Below are positions 1 through 12,219 of a stretch of 64,000 bases of DNA, piece by piece. A program made the translations under genes and the position numbers. Position 1 is the stretch's first letter. Every line of letters begins with the position of its first letter. Source of the stretch: Selaginella moellendorffii. Its lineage: Eukaryota > Plantae > Lycopodiophyta. The notes beneath the pieces were generated by a model, which saw nothing but the letters and a program-made list of their open reading frames with translations, had not been told where the DNA came from and made no database searches. The stretch covers positions 510,405 through 574,404 of the forward strand of contig NW_003314265.1 of assembly GCF_000143415.4 (NCBI RefSeq). Direction: 5' to 3'.

Positions 1-38
1 ATGCGTCGCTGCTTCATCTGGCTCGCGATGGCAACAGG

Positions 39-293
39 ATGATCGACTTGCACGGGCTTCACGTCGGCGAGGCGATCCCTCTGCTGCGGCGAGAGCTCTC
101 GGCGCTGAGAATAGCGAGCCGAGTGACCTCCAAGCGGCAGTGTGTCTACGTTTGCGTGGGGACGGGCCACCACACCAAAGGCTCGCGGACTCCAGCTCGC
201 GTGCCCATCGCCATTGAGCGGTATCTCGCCGAGGACGAGCGGCTCCAGTTCTCGGAGGTCCAGCCGGGGATGCTGCGGGTGTTTGTCCAGTGA
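39..293 (+). CDS. CID7: Last exon of an Smr-domain protein (CID7/PABP-interacting-like); gene begins upstream of the window
   Basis: MIDLHGLHVGEA...VCVGTGHHTKGSRTPAR...QPGMLRV is a typical C-terminal Smr domain of plant CID7-type proteins; preceded by an AG acceptor at ~37. Confidence 0.8.
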   Translation: MIDLHGLHVGEAIPLLRRELSALRIASRVTSKRQCVYVCVGTGHHTKGSRTPARVPIAIERYLAEDERLQFSEVQPGMLRVFVQ

Positions 294-688
294 AGCGACG
301 AGCGAACAAACACGCGCGAGCAAAAGGCATCGCCAACTTTGTGAATTAACAACCTGTTTTGTTTTGTACACTTTGCAGCAGCACCAAGCAAGCAAGCAAG
401 AAGGAGAAGTCACAGTTTCAACAAAGAACAAGAGAGAGAAGAGATTGAGAAGCCGAGAAAACATCATGGTCGTTTGTCATTGGAAGAATTTTTTGTATCG
501 CTTTGGTAGCGTTAGCTATTTAATCTGTATATTATGTAAAAACACAAAAGCCTGGTGCTCTGAGAAATTGGCCACCTTTTTCCATTGTAGAGAAAATGAG
601 AACGAACTTTGCTTCGATCAAACGAAACAAAAATAAATTTTCAAAAAGCCACATGCTTGTGAGCGAATCGAGCGAATCGATCACAGTG

Positions 689-2612
689 TCAGTGGTACTT
701 CATGCTTGCCACGTCGAAGCCGGGCATGTCAAAAGAGGTGGCGAATTTTTCCACCTCGGCCTTGAGATTTGCGAGCTCCTTGTTGTCCACCAGTCCCTTG
801 TTGAAGTCACGCAGCATCTTACCGTGTTGTTTCTGGATGGCGAGCGTGATGTCAATCGCCCGTCCCAGGAACTCGGCGATTTGCTCGAAGTCTTTCTCCT
901 TGAGACCTCTTGCGGTCATGGCCGGCGCTCCTGTCCATTGCAAATCACACACAAGTTAGTTTCTCGCCAAATATAAGGAAACATGATTTATCTCACCAAC
1001 ACGGACGCCTCCAGGCGCAAGAGCACTGCTATCTCCAAACACCGCGTTCTTGTTAAGTGTTATGTGAGCGAGCTCGCACACCTTCTCGACCTTGTTACCT
1101 GTCGAAGTAAAAACGATGATTTGTTTTTCGTTCTTCCAGCTGCGAGAGGAATTTACGTACCAGTTAGACCGAGCGGACGCAAGTCCCAGAGGATGAGATG
1201 GTTCTCGGTGCCGTCAGTTACTATCTTGTATCCCTTCTTCATGAGCGCGTCCCCGAGAGCCGCTGCATTGGCCCGGATTTGCTTCGCGTACACCTTAAAC
1301 TCGGGTGTATTGACTTGCTTCAGTGCCACGGCCAGAGCAGCGATCTGATGGTTGTGCGGTCCTCCCTGGAGCGATGGAAACACAGCAAAGTTGACCTTGT
1401 CCTCGAAGTCGTAGTTTTCTTCCGTTGTCTGGCCCTTCTTGGGAGGCTTGGGGCCCTTTCGGTAAAAGATCATGCCGGCTCTTGGTCCCCTCAGGCTCTT
1501 GTGCGTGGTCGTCGTCACAATGTCGCAGTGCTCGAACGGACTCTTTGCCTCCTGGAATGTTTGGAATTTATGAGAAACAATCACAAAAGCCAAATTTCTT
1601 GAAGAGGACCACCAGAAAAAGAAATAGGACACGCACAAAGTTCCAGAAAGATCAGCACGACCACCACCATGAAATCTCAGCGCACACAATCCAAATTCAC
1701 CCAGACATCTCGAAAACTTGAGAACTTCCAACAGGAAATCATTCAATCCAAATGCAAAACAAAAGAGTTCCAGAAATCTCAGCACGAGCAGCAAAGAAAG
1801 TCGCTCGTGAAATCTCAACTCAAACAATCCAAATTCACACGCAGACATCTCGTAAACTTGAGAGCTTCCCACAAGAAACCATCCAATCCAAATGCAGACA
1901 CAAACCAGATTTAAAAATCCAAATGCTCACTCACCTCGGCAGCAACGAGCCCGCTAATGTGAGCCATGTCACAGAGAAGTAGAGCTCCACATTTGTCCGC
2001 AATAGCGCGAAGCCTGGCATAGTCCCAGTCCCTTGGATACGCGCTACCGCCGCAGATGATAAGCTTGGGCCGGAAATCCATAGCTTTCTCCTCGAGCCGG
2101 TCGTAGTCAATGTAGCCGGTCTTGGGATCCACCTTGTATGGCAAGCTCTCGAAGTAGATCGATGTGGCCGAGATCTTCTTCCCCCCAGATGTGTAGTAGC
2201 CGTGGGTGAGATGGCCACCGGATGGGAGATCCAAGCCCATAATCCGGCTATGCGGCTCAAGAACAGCAGTGTAGGCGGCGAAATTCGCCGGGCTTCCAGA
2301 GTAGGGCTGGACATTCACACCCCACCTCTCCGGATCGAGGCGATAAGCCTGCAGCGCCCTGGACCGGCACAGATTCTCGATCTGGTCGATGAACTCGTTG
2401 CCGCCGTAGTAGCGATTGCCGGGCATACCTTCCGAGTACTTGTTGGTGAGCGCGCTGCCCAGCGCCTCGATCACCGCCTGCGACGTGAAGTTCTCCGACG
2501 CGATGAGCTCGATCCCCTTCCACTGCCGCGCCTTCTCATGCTCGATCAGGTCGAAAATCTCCTCGTCCACAGCGCTCAGCGGCTGATTCCCCCACTCCTT
2601 GACGGATGCCAT
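689..2612 (-). CDS. SHM4: Serine hydroxymethyltransferase, cytosolic type (4 exons)
   Basis: [45 protein letters not shown] (PLP lysine), LQGGPHNH; no transit peptide; exons ~2612-1935, 1552-1160, 1097-997, 931-689. Confidence 0.95.
1665..1910. repeat. Two-copy ~140 bp imperfect tandem repeat in SHMT intron 1
   Basis: gaaatctca...atccaaattcac(cc/acgc)agacatctcg.aaacttgaga.cttcc.aca.gaaa.cat.caatccaaatgca occurs at ~1671-1760 and ~1809-1900. Confidence 0.75.
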
Positions 2613-3064
2613 GGCCGACGAGAGAGGGGCGAGCGAAATCTAGCTCGCTGGAGAGCTGGGATCTGGAAAATCTTCCCCCGCAAAACCCTGGCGCCCTTCT
2701 TGCTCTTCGCGCGGCTGTGACAATGAGAACAAACTTGGAAATGCGCTACATACAAAAGCTCATGAACTTTCAACTGCATTGGATGCTTGAGTTCGCGTCC
2801 GGAAGCATCCCGGCCCTTGGCTCCTGCCAAAGCAACAATGGCCGTCGATCGAGATCCGCTGTGTGGACCATAGAACCCAGAATGGTAGCTAGCTTGAGAG
2901 TAGTCGCTGGAAAATCACCAAACCTTCGTCCACAGTAACTTACGTGAAATTCGATTTTTTAAAGCTGGATCCAGTCTAGCTTGCGCTGAAAATCTTGTAC
3001 AACAACGTGCACTGAACACAATCTTAGAAAACTCGATGCGACAAAAGTTTACCCCAGCGATCTG

Positions 3065-5767
3065 TCATTCCAGTCGAAATGCATCAGCTACTTCCTGTAT
3101 GGTAGAACGAACTAAAAGAAAGCGATGTCTGATCGAGACGCGAGAATCTCTGAAGGAAACGTAGCTACCTCAAACTCCCGGGAAAATGGAGAAAACTTTT
3201 GACAAAACTTTTGCTGCTACGCTCGAACTTTTCCGATCGAGGACACCATCTGTGTGTGAAAACGAAGTACGATTGTGAACAACTCAAAGCTACTGCCAGA
3301 AAAAACGAAAAAGAAGAACAGAACTTTCAAGACATACCAGTAGCGTGTTCATGGGTCCTTTGAGAACATTGTCGTTGACAGTGATGCCGTCGAGATACTG
3401 TGTGAGAGCGGACTGGAGGCGGAAGTTTTCAGCGGCGACTCTTTTCTTCTCGAGATCGAGTGCCATCTTGTCGAGCAAGACCTGGTAAAAAAGACGAAAG
3501 CATCAAAACTGGACTGCAAATTCTACGAACATGTACCTTGTTGTAGCGCTGTTGAAACTGGGAGAGATAATTCCACTCTTCGACTTCACTCCCAGATTTA
3601 TCGGTGGCATAAGCTGCGGGCCTGTAGACCTCCTCCTGTTTCTCCAGCTTTTCGCCATGACACAAAATTCGTGGCTTCTCTGTTATAGTGACGCTTCTCT
3701 TTTGTCCTTTCACCTTGGTGTCAACAACGTCATCGGCCGTATCTGAACAGAACATCGACTAGTTACAAGGAAAAGAATATTGTATGAGGTTACCATCGTC
3801 TTCTGGCAAGAGGTCAGGCATAATAGAACGACTGCAATGCAAAGGATCAAACGGGAAAATCCTTTCATGCTCCGTTTCCAGCTGCTTGAGAGAAAACAAG
3901 TGTTTGAATAACTGTGATACTACAAAACTATGTACCTTGCAGTTAAGATCTCCAAGCCTGATGATGCGTTCGGACACCTCCAGCTTACCAGTAAGATCTA
4001 GTCTCGCTTCCTCGCTCATTTTCGATATTTCCTGCAAAATATGTTTCAGATGCAAAAAGGGACTCGAATACGAACCTTGAGTTTTATGTGTTCGGAATTT
4101 CTCATTTTCAAGAGCTTCTTCTTGAGTTCTTGATAATGCTGGTTGACAGAATCTTTCTGGTCGCGAAGTGCCTTGTTTATTCCTTCCCATTCTCGGCTGT
4201 TTAACCCCCTGGGTGAGAACTCTGATACTAATAGCGCCGTTGTCAAAGAACCTGTTCGTGGCTATCTTTGCCCGCCAGTAAGAAATGCTTTCATGTATAT
4301 GGATGAGCTTTCTCATTCTTTGCTCAATTAGCTTCGCAGTAACCTTGTCCTTTTCGATCATCCTCTTAAATGCCTGTGTCTTTGTATCTGTACTTGACAG
4401 ATAGGACTGTGACGGAGATGCAGAATGTGAGTTAGTCGTAGAAATTCACAGCAAAAACTAGTACCTGATGTGTCTGCTCCAAGCGCCGCTCGAGTTCTTC
4501 TATTGCATTCTCAAGTGAAATTTTCAGGACGTTGTATTCCTCCATGTTCTTGTTCTGAAACAGACGAAAAGCAAACCAAAATGAATGCAATCTCATAGAA
4601 GGGCGGAGTTACTTTGAGCTCTTCACGGTTGGCCTCAAACTCTTGACGCATCTCTGTTTCAGCCTCTTTGAATTCCGCTTCCATTGCAGCCATCATATCA
4701 TTCAATACCTATATAGAACTGAAGAAGACGTTGAGATTGAGTTAAACTAGTCTGTCTTACCTTTTTCTGCTTGTCATGGGCCCTGACAACATCCATCTTT
4801 TCATTGTTGAAATCTGTGGAAAGTTCATGAAGACGATTCTGGAACTCCTCGTCCATACCCTGTCACCATAAATTATAGACATCGAGACCAAATGACTCAA
4901 GAAAAAGTTACCTTTAAACGAGAATAATGCAAATCAATCAGACCATCAACGATGTGCAAGTGTTTGCTGAATAGCATGAGATGCTGTCCTTCGGACTCCT
5001 CCAGCTCCTTGAACAACGACGAGATGAGTGCATCTTTCCTCCTAACCTGAAGAACAGCATACATAAAAGGAGTTTTCTCAGAAGTATTTTCATGGCAAAC
5101 CTGAAAATCGTGCTCTTCCGAGCACTGCATGACTTCCTCCCGCAGCTCCTTGGTTTTATCTTGTCGAAGTATTTCTCTCCATTTAGCATGAATTTCTCGC
5201 GTGTTATCTTTCGTATATCGCTCCTCTCTTTCCTAAAACATGGCAGATTCGAGACATCAGAGCTTGACCAAAATGTAATGAACCAGAAAACTTGCCTGAA
5301 GCTGCACTAAGCGAGCACGCTGTTCCGCTTCTTTTTTCTTCCGTGCTTCTTCAGCCTGTTAAGAAAGACAAGCGTAATGAACTAACTAACCATGAGTGTC
5401 ACCTTGAGAGTCATCATCTGTGCCTTGAGCTTCTTCTCCTCGGGCGTCATCTTCTTTCCCTGCGGAAAAAATCTCAGCTAAATCCATACGAAAGAAATCG
5501 TAGAGCTGAGAAGTCCCGAAGCAAAAAGAATTTTTGAGCTAGCGACGTGTGTTGAATTTCTTTATCGACAGTGAAAGCAAGAATTCTACAGATTGAGCTA
5601 CTTCTAGAAACGATTTCAATGCGAGCTAAGATTCTCCATGACTAGAAGGACAATTTGTTGTTAAGAACGCTACAAGAGCTACTCAAATGAGAGATGAAAG
5701 AGAAAGGAGCTTCTCCTCGAATCGTGAGGAAAGATTGCGCAGGCAAGAGTCACATTACCTTGGCCAT
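3065..5767 (-). CDS. DRC2: Dynein regulatory complex subunit 2 (CCDC65/DRC2), multi-exon coiled-coil flagellar protein
   Basis: Exons encode RKDALISSLFKELEESEGQH..KHLHIVDGLIDLH, EEWNYLSQFQQRYNKV, LDKMALDLEK..ENFRLQSALTQYLDGITVNDNVLKGPMNTLL; probable 9-nt first exon MAK at 5767 spliced to GKKMTPEEK; 3' end approximate. Confidence 0.8.
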
Positions 5768-5943
5768 GGCTGGGGATGCCGGAAGGAATGGCGAAGAAAT
5801 CCCAAAGCCCTAGCTCTGGCGCCAACCGGCATTCAAAGACCGATGCCACATCACAAATAGTGCGCTGCACACGTGGACGTCGGAGATGTCATAAAGGATT
5901 TTCGCGAGCTAGGGTTTGTGGCGGAGGGTTCGAGTGATGCAGT

Positions 5944-8900
5944 ATGATCAACGATGGAAAGCTCTTCAAAGCTCAGATTCCTGAGAGATCGCTGCTGGCA
6001 GCTCCAGCTGATGGCGCCGCCGCCGCCGCCGCCGATTCTTCCTCGCCGTCGCCGTCTGGGAGTTCCAGAAGATCGCTGTTTAGTCATCTAGGGCCTCCCG
6101 CGAGTGACAAGGTAGCGATTGGCGCATGGGAATTTGTGGTTTGATTCGTGGATTTGATTCAGGAGCGCGCAGCTCGAGAGCGAATCGATGCACAGAAGTA
6201 CGATGTGGAGGCGTGGGAAATTCTTGCGGATGAGGCCCAGGTAAATGCTGCTGCTCAGGATTGCTTTCGTTGCTCACATACTTTTTGCCGATCCAGTCTA
6301 GACCGATTGCTCACGCGACGGGAATTTTCGAGCTACTCGTTTCTACCTTTCCAACTGCGGTAAATATTCTTTTCTTTTTTCTCGGACGTCTTCTTACGTT
6401 GGTTTCTCGTAAAGGGGAAGTTCTGGAAGATGTACGCGGAAGCTATGATCAAGGCGAGCAACGATGATGCGGTCCGGCATATCTTTAGCCGTTGTTTGCT
6501 CAGCTGCTTCCATTTAGAGCTATGGTAAAAGAGTAACATTGTGTGTGCTTGAGCTGATGGTACTGTCTCCAGGAAATGCTACATCAAGTTTATTCGCAGA
6601 GTGAATGAACAGAAAGGCCCTGAATCAAAAGAGGAAACGAGGAAAGCTTTCGAGTTCACAGTCGGTCATGTTGGTACGTAGTTTCTACATTTGCTTCTTC
6701 GTATCTCATCGATTGTCTCGCAGGAATGGACATATCAGCAGGACCTTTGTGGTTCGAGTACATCACATTCCTGAAAACGATGCCCGTACGCTCGCTGGCT
6801 CCAAATGTTTTCTCGTTCTAACTCTTCCTTCCAACAGATTTCTAGTCCTCAGGAAGAGGCTCAGCGAATGCTCCTGCTCCGCAAAGCTTATCAGCAAGCT
6901 GTGCTCTCCCCGATCCATCACATTGAGCAACTGTGGAAAGAGTATGAAAGCTTCGAGAACACCATCAGCCGGGCACTGGTTGGCAGCTACTTCCCTCCCT
7001 CCATCTCTCGTCTTCCAAGGAGAAACCTTGTAGCTCGTATGCAGATGAATAAAGATGGCATTGTGTCTCCGCTCCGGCTTTCTCCGTTTTTTTTTTTTTC
7101 TTCTTCTTTTTTTTCTTTTAGTTTTCCTTTCTTTTCTTCTTTCAGTTTTTTTTTTCTCTGTGAAGGTCTTCTAAAGTACACGCGCTTGTTATGCAGGCAA
7201 AAGGACTTGTGGCCGACTTCCAGCCAAAGCACTTCAATGCTCGTGCTGTCTACAGGGAACGAAAGAAGTTCTGGGACCAAATTGATCAGAGTTTGCTACC
7301 AGTTCCTTTTGCCGGTTCTTTCAAAGCAAGTTCTTTTTCTTTCTTGTCTGCCGAAGTTCTAACGTGTTTTTCTGTGACAGGAAGAACAACAAAATTCTTC
7401 GTGGAAGCAACTTCTTGCGTTTGAAAAGTAACCACAGCTCTTGAGTCCGTTTTCGTTAAAAGCTTACGATTGCAGGAACAATCCTCAGCGGTTGGAGCCT
7501 GCTCTTTTGGCTAGACGTGTGGTGTTTACTTATGAGCAAGTACGTTGTTTTTGTTTCCCTTGATTTTGTCGATTGAGCTAGATTTTTTGCAGTGCCTTAT
7601 GTATTTTTACCATTACCCAGATATTTGGTATGATTATGCAATGTGGCTCGCTCAAAATGGATCAAATGACAATGCTGCCGTAGTTTTTGGGAGAGCTCTC
7701 ATTGCCTTGCCAGGTTTATGGAAATTTTAGTGATACTCAAAACTGACACTCGCTGCATTTCTTTAGATGCAACAATCATCTATTATGCTTACGCAGAATT
7801 TGAAGAAGCTAGAGGCTCCATCAAGGTACGAAAATTCATCTTTTGGCGATTTATATACCACCGTTTCAATCCAGGATGCGAAGAAGATTTATGAAACTCT
7901 TGTGAGTCATGAAAAAATAGCAAATTCCTTGGCTCATATACAGGTTCGTTCGATCTAGGACTTCATTTGTTTCATCATAACGATTCTTCCAGCTGATGCG
8001 TTTCGTGAGGAGAACCGAAGGCATTGAGGCCGCTCGCAAGGTTTTTTCCGAGGCACGAAAGAGTCCTTCCTGCACATATCATCTTTACGTGGCGTGTGCC
8101 GTAATGGTTTTCTGCGTTGATAAGGACCCAAAGGTTTGCAACCTTATTTTTAACGCGTCAACAAAGCTGCTGTTTGTGCAGGTAGCGCGAGACATATTTG
8201 AGTTAGGATTGAAAAAGTACATTCATGAGCCTAGTTACGTGACAGAGTGCGTATATTAAAAAAAAAAAATTCCTTGGTTCATAGTAATCCTCTGACTTCG
8301 CAAATTTGTAAAACAGGTATGCTGACTTTCTTTGTCGTCTAAACGACGACAGAAATGTGCGAGCACTTTTTGAGCGTGCTCTGAATGTTCTTCCAGCAGA
8401 AGAGTCCGTAGAAGTATGTAAATCTCAAAGTATTAGTCAAGGAACGCTTTGTAATTCTTTCTTTCAGGTATGGAATCGATTTTTGGCGTTTGAACAAATG
8501 TATGGTGACATTCCGAGCATGCTGAAGGTAAGAGATGTATGGCCTGAAGAACTGAGATGTAAGTCACTGGCTTTTGTTCAAGGTGGCACAAAGAAGGAAA
8601 GAAGCTTTGACTGGAGATGATGGTGTAGCGGTAGCATCCTCAGAAAGCTCGATGCAGCAGCTAATATCTCGTTACCGCTTTTTGGATCTCTGGCCTTGTT
8701 CATCACAGGATCTCGACCATCTCGCGCAGCAACAGGTTGTATATGCATTCGTCTTTGTTTTTAATTACTTCTCTGTCTCCTACAGATTATGTTGCAAAAG
8801 CTGGAAGAGAAACAGTTGGCTATTGGTAACGTACAAGGTATGCTTGCAATGCATTTCACACACGCTTAAGTACAGTTTTCTTGTCTTATCAGGCGCGAAG

Positions 8901-9709
8901 AAGTCTCAGAACTCCGCAGCGACACCTCCGAAGAACTTGATTCGGCCAGACGTATCGCAAATGACTCCGTATGATCCCAAGCCAGGTACTTGGAAGTTCC
9001 TGATCGCTTGCAGTTTTTAATTGTTTTCTCTTGTGTCATGTTTAGCGGGAAATGACGCCCTTGTGCTGAGTGGTCTGGGACTTCAAGGTTGTCTTGCTAC
9101 TTCTTCGGAAAGCAATTGAACTTACAAATATGATTTCAGGTTCTACTGCTATGCCTGGATTGGCCTCTCGTGCGGGTCTTGGACGAGGTCCTGCGGATGA
9201 TTCTTCAATGGAAGAGCTCTTGAGGCTCTTACCACCAGCAGTAAAAACTTTTCTTAGCCAGCTTCCACCTGTCGATGGTAAGTTTTCGTTTGATATACTG
9301 GAGCGAATACATATCGTCTCCGCTTCGTCACAGGACCCATTCCCGATGTAGACCTGGTGATATCCATCCTACTCGAGAATGAAGTTCCCAATCCCACGGG
9401 ACCAAACGGAAGCACAAAGTCCGCAGCTGCAACATCAGGAAGAGCTGGACGCCACGCAAAACGCAAGGACCTCGAAGGTAAGGTATCGATTCGTGCTGCG
9501 GCAAATAACTCACTCGTGGTCTTTGCTTTCCAGCTCAAGAAGAAGACGACGCAGCGTTACAGTCCCAGGCAGCTCAAAGTGGTCCGAAGGACGTGTTCCG
9601 GATGCGCCAGCTCCAGAGGTCGAGAGCCGTGAGCAACGCCAGCGCCAAAAGGCTACAACAGTCGTCCACTTCGAGCGGCTTAAGCGCCGAGAAGTCTGTA
9701 AGTAATTGA
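5944..9709 (+). CDS. CSTF77: Cleavage stimulation factor 77 kDa subunit (HAT-repeat, Suf), >20 exons
   Basis: KYDVEAWEILADEAQ..FPTAGKFWKMYAEA, RKAYQQAVLSPIHHIEQLWKEYESFEN, YEQCLMYFYHYPDIWYDYA, RRTEGIEAARKVF, RALFERAL, RYRFLDLWPCS, PKDVFRMRQLQR. Confidence 0.93.
7048..7160 (+). promoter_or_regulatory. Candidate intronic polyadenylation signal (AATAAA at 7048-7053 plus downstream U-rich tract) in CstF-77 intron 6979-7196
   Basis: Canonical hexamer followed ~35 nt later by a ~70 nt T-rich tract, in a 218-bp intron with a weak GTTGGC donor. Confidence 0.5.
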
Positions 9710-10457
9710 AGCCATCATTTCCTTCTTTTTCCTATGTACATGGATTCATTAACTTCCCTGAGAGGCCATTTTGGCTGGCACAGGCTCTCTTCATATCTAG
9801 CACGGCTTTTCTTCGTTCCAGTTCGTCAAAACACTAGAGCTCGCGAAGCCGTGTCGTCGGCACTAACTCGGAAAAGAACTCTCTTTCCTGACGTAGAAGA
9901 AGTCGAAGAAAAAAAACGTCACGCATTGCGTCGTTTCATTCCGTTAAGGCCACCTTTCATCACACGAGACGAGCGCTGCTGTCCTTTTTCCCTGCGGTTG
10001 TAAAGAGCACAGCGAGCTCTTTTGTTTTGTCGCATAGAAAAACTGACCATGGCAACCAAGCCAAAGAGAATGTGAAGAGAAAGAGAGAAACTACCTGGGC
10101 GCATTCCATCCCATACAAGAGTACGCATCCTTGACCTGGAAGGAATGGCGACCATTATAAAACCAAGGTCAAGAACACACCACTCCAAAGTCCTCACGTG
10201 TACCTCTCTGCCGATAAGGATAGCTCCCTCTTTGTCCCGCAAATTCTTCCACCCAGCAGTCGAGAGTTTCCACAGGGACCAACGATTTCCCTCCACCTAT
10301 ACAGTCCGTCCACCACAGCCAAAGCTAAGCTCTCGCGTTTTCCAGAGCTTGTGTGGATGCCTGGCGCGAGGACCACCATCACCACCGAGCCAGTTCTTCG
10401 AGAGCTTCCACTTGATGAGAACGACGACGAGGGCGGCGAGAGAGCTCACTTCCAGCG

Positions 10458-11222
10458 ATGGTTGACAAGCTCTGCCACCACAAAGTAGCCAGGATCGAGG
10501 ACGGAAGGTACTTGCCGCAGCAGCGGAGTAGTCACAGCAGCAGCCGAGAGGGATCGCTGCGTCCCAAGTATAAAGGAGTACGTAAGCGGAGCTGGGGGAA
10601 GTATGTCTCGGAGATCCGGGAGCCGAACAAGAGGTCGCGGATCTGGCTCGGCTCCTTCGAGACACCCGAGATGGCGGCTCGAGCTTACGACGCTGCTGTT
10701 CTGTGCCTGAGAGGTCCCAATTCTAGCTTCAACTTTCCAGAGTTCCTGCCTGGCCTGCCGCGTCCTTTGCCGACCACCAACAAGGAGATCCAATCTTTGG
10801 CTGTTTTCGCTGCTCAGCAAGCTCGAGTTACTAGCACCACTGCTACCGCTGCTGCAGCTGCTGCTGCTGCTTCTAACTTGGTTCGTGTGCAGGCACCTCC
10901 ATCAATCTCTTCGCCTGCTGAGTTCTACCATCGGAGAAGATCCAGTCAAGAGAGCCTCCGAGCTGTTCCCGACGAGAGTGGCGGTGGCAGCAAGCGAGGC
11001 GCAGTAGGTCCAGTCGCTCAGAGTTCCAATCCAAACGCATCGTCTACATCAGCAGCGCCTGTGTCAGCACCGAACTCGTCGCGTTCCACGACATCAAGTG
11101 ACACAGTACCGGTTGCGGTCGGCTCCACCGAGACACTTTCAGCAATCCCACTGTGGATGGACGCTCCAGCAGACGCGAGTGACTTGGATCTCTGGACATA
11201 TCCCGAGTTTCCATGCACCTGA
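10458..11222 (+). CDS. AP2/ERF transcription factor (DREB subfamily, A-4/A-5-like), intronless
   Basis: [57 protein letters not shown] followed by EIQSLA; C-terminal LW motif. Confidence 0.9.
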   Translation: MVDKLCHHKVARIEDGRYLPQQRSSHSSSREGSLRPKYKGVRKRSWGKYVSEIREPNKRSRIWLGSFETPEMAARAYDAAVLCLRGPNSSFNFPEFLPGLPRPLPTTNKEIQSLAVFAAQQARVTSTTATAAAAAAAASNLVRVQAPPSISSPAEFYHRRRSSQESLRAVPDESGGGSKRGAVGPVAQSSNPNASSTSAAPVSAPNSSRSTTSSDTVPVAVGSTETLSAIPLWMDAPADASDLDLWTYPEFPCT

Positions 11223-11513
11223 AGCTGAGACGATTTTTCGCCGGGGATCTTGTTTTGGGCATTCCTTTTCTTTGTCCTGTCTCCATCTAGATCAAGCAAC
11301 ATGTCAAAAGATTAGAAAACAAAATAAAGAAAGAAAAAGAACAGAAAAGAAGCTAGCAGCCTGTACCTGATTCATTTCATAGCGCAGCCGTTAAATCAAT
11401 CTTGCTAACAGTAAAGCAAAGAAAGCAATGTAAACGACCAACGTGAAGGAGTTAAAGTTGTAGCGCGAATGTTATACGAAAGGTCACAAGCGAAAAGAAC
11501 AAAAACTACATTT

Positions 11514-12159
11514 CTACACCTCGTCTTCGTTGAGGAGCATGTTTGGAATACCTTTCGCTACGGGGAATTTTCTCCCAGTCTCTGGACAGACCAAGTCTCC
11601 TTCCTCTAGATGGATCTGAGAAAAAGCAAAGCGTGACGAGGTGAGCAACAGGATTTGCTTTCGTTTTCTCCTTCGTACCTCAAGGAGAGCATGATGAAAT
11701 CGCCGCAGGAAGTCATCATCGTCCAGCATTGAGGGCTCTACTTGCTCGGGAAGATCATTCACACCTAGCTGGAACACAATAAGACCGAGCACGAGGATGA
11801 GAAAGCTAAAGCAAAGAAAAAGAATTCGGAGCAAACGATACTATCAAGAACTAGAAGCGTTGTAGAAAGAAAGAACAAGCATAGAATGTAAGAAAAACAT
11901 TTAAGAGACTAGCAATCGTCATTCTCGAAGAAACAATAGAAAGAATCTGGGCTAACAAAGAACACCTTGAGAGCAAACTTACAGTCTTTGCGGCTTCCTG
12001 GAACGCTTTCCACTCGATTTTGGGGAAGGAATGGCGCAAGAACTGCGGATTAAACTCTACCGTCTTGGTTTCCAGCTTGGCGACCTCGATGCCGAGCGGG
12101 AATCCCTTGCTGACGCCCTTGATGTTGCAGGACAGCATGTTGTGCGTTAGCAGCCTCAT
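11514..12159 (-). CDS. TRM112: Multifunctional methyltransferase activator subunit TRM112 (3 exons)
   Basis: [20 protein letters not shown]; [11 protein letters not shown]|[33 protein letters not shown]. Confidence 0.95.
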
Positions 12160-12219
12160 CGCGATCGCGCACAATCCAAGAACCCTAAAACCCCGGGTTT
12201 TATTTAGGGTTTTTCGGCC
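12160..12219. promoter_or_regulatory. 60-bp bidirectional spacer with an inverted pair of telo-boxes
   Basis: AACCCTAAAACCCCGGGTTTTATTTAGGGTT at 12181-12211, between the TRM112 ATG (12159, -) and the WDR75 ATG (12220, +). Confidence 0.7.

Noticed and set aside
12181-12211. Interstitial telomere remnant
   Set aside because: Single AAACCCT-type units also occur near other gene starts (21451, 39696, 44199, 46101); these are promoter telo-boxes, not arrays
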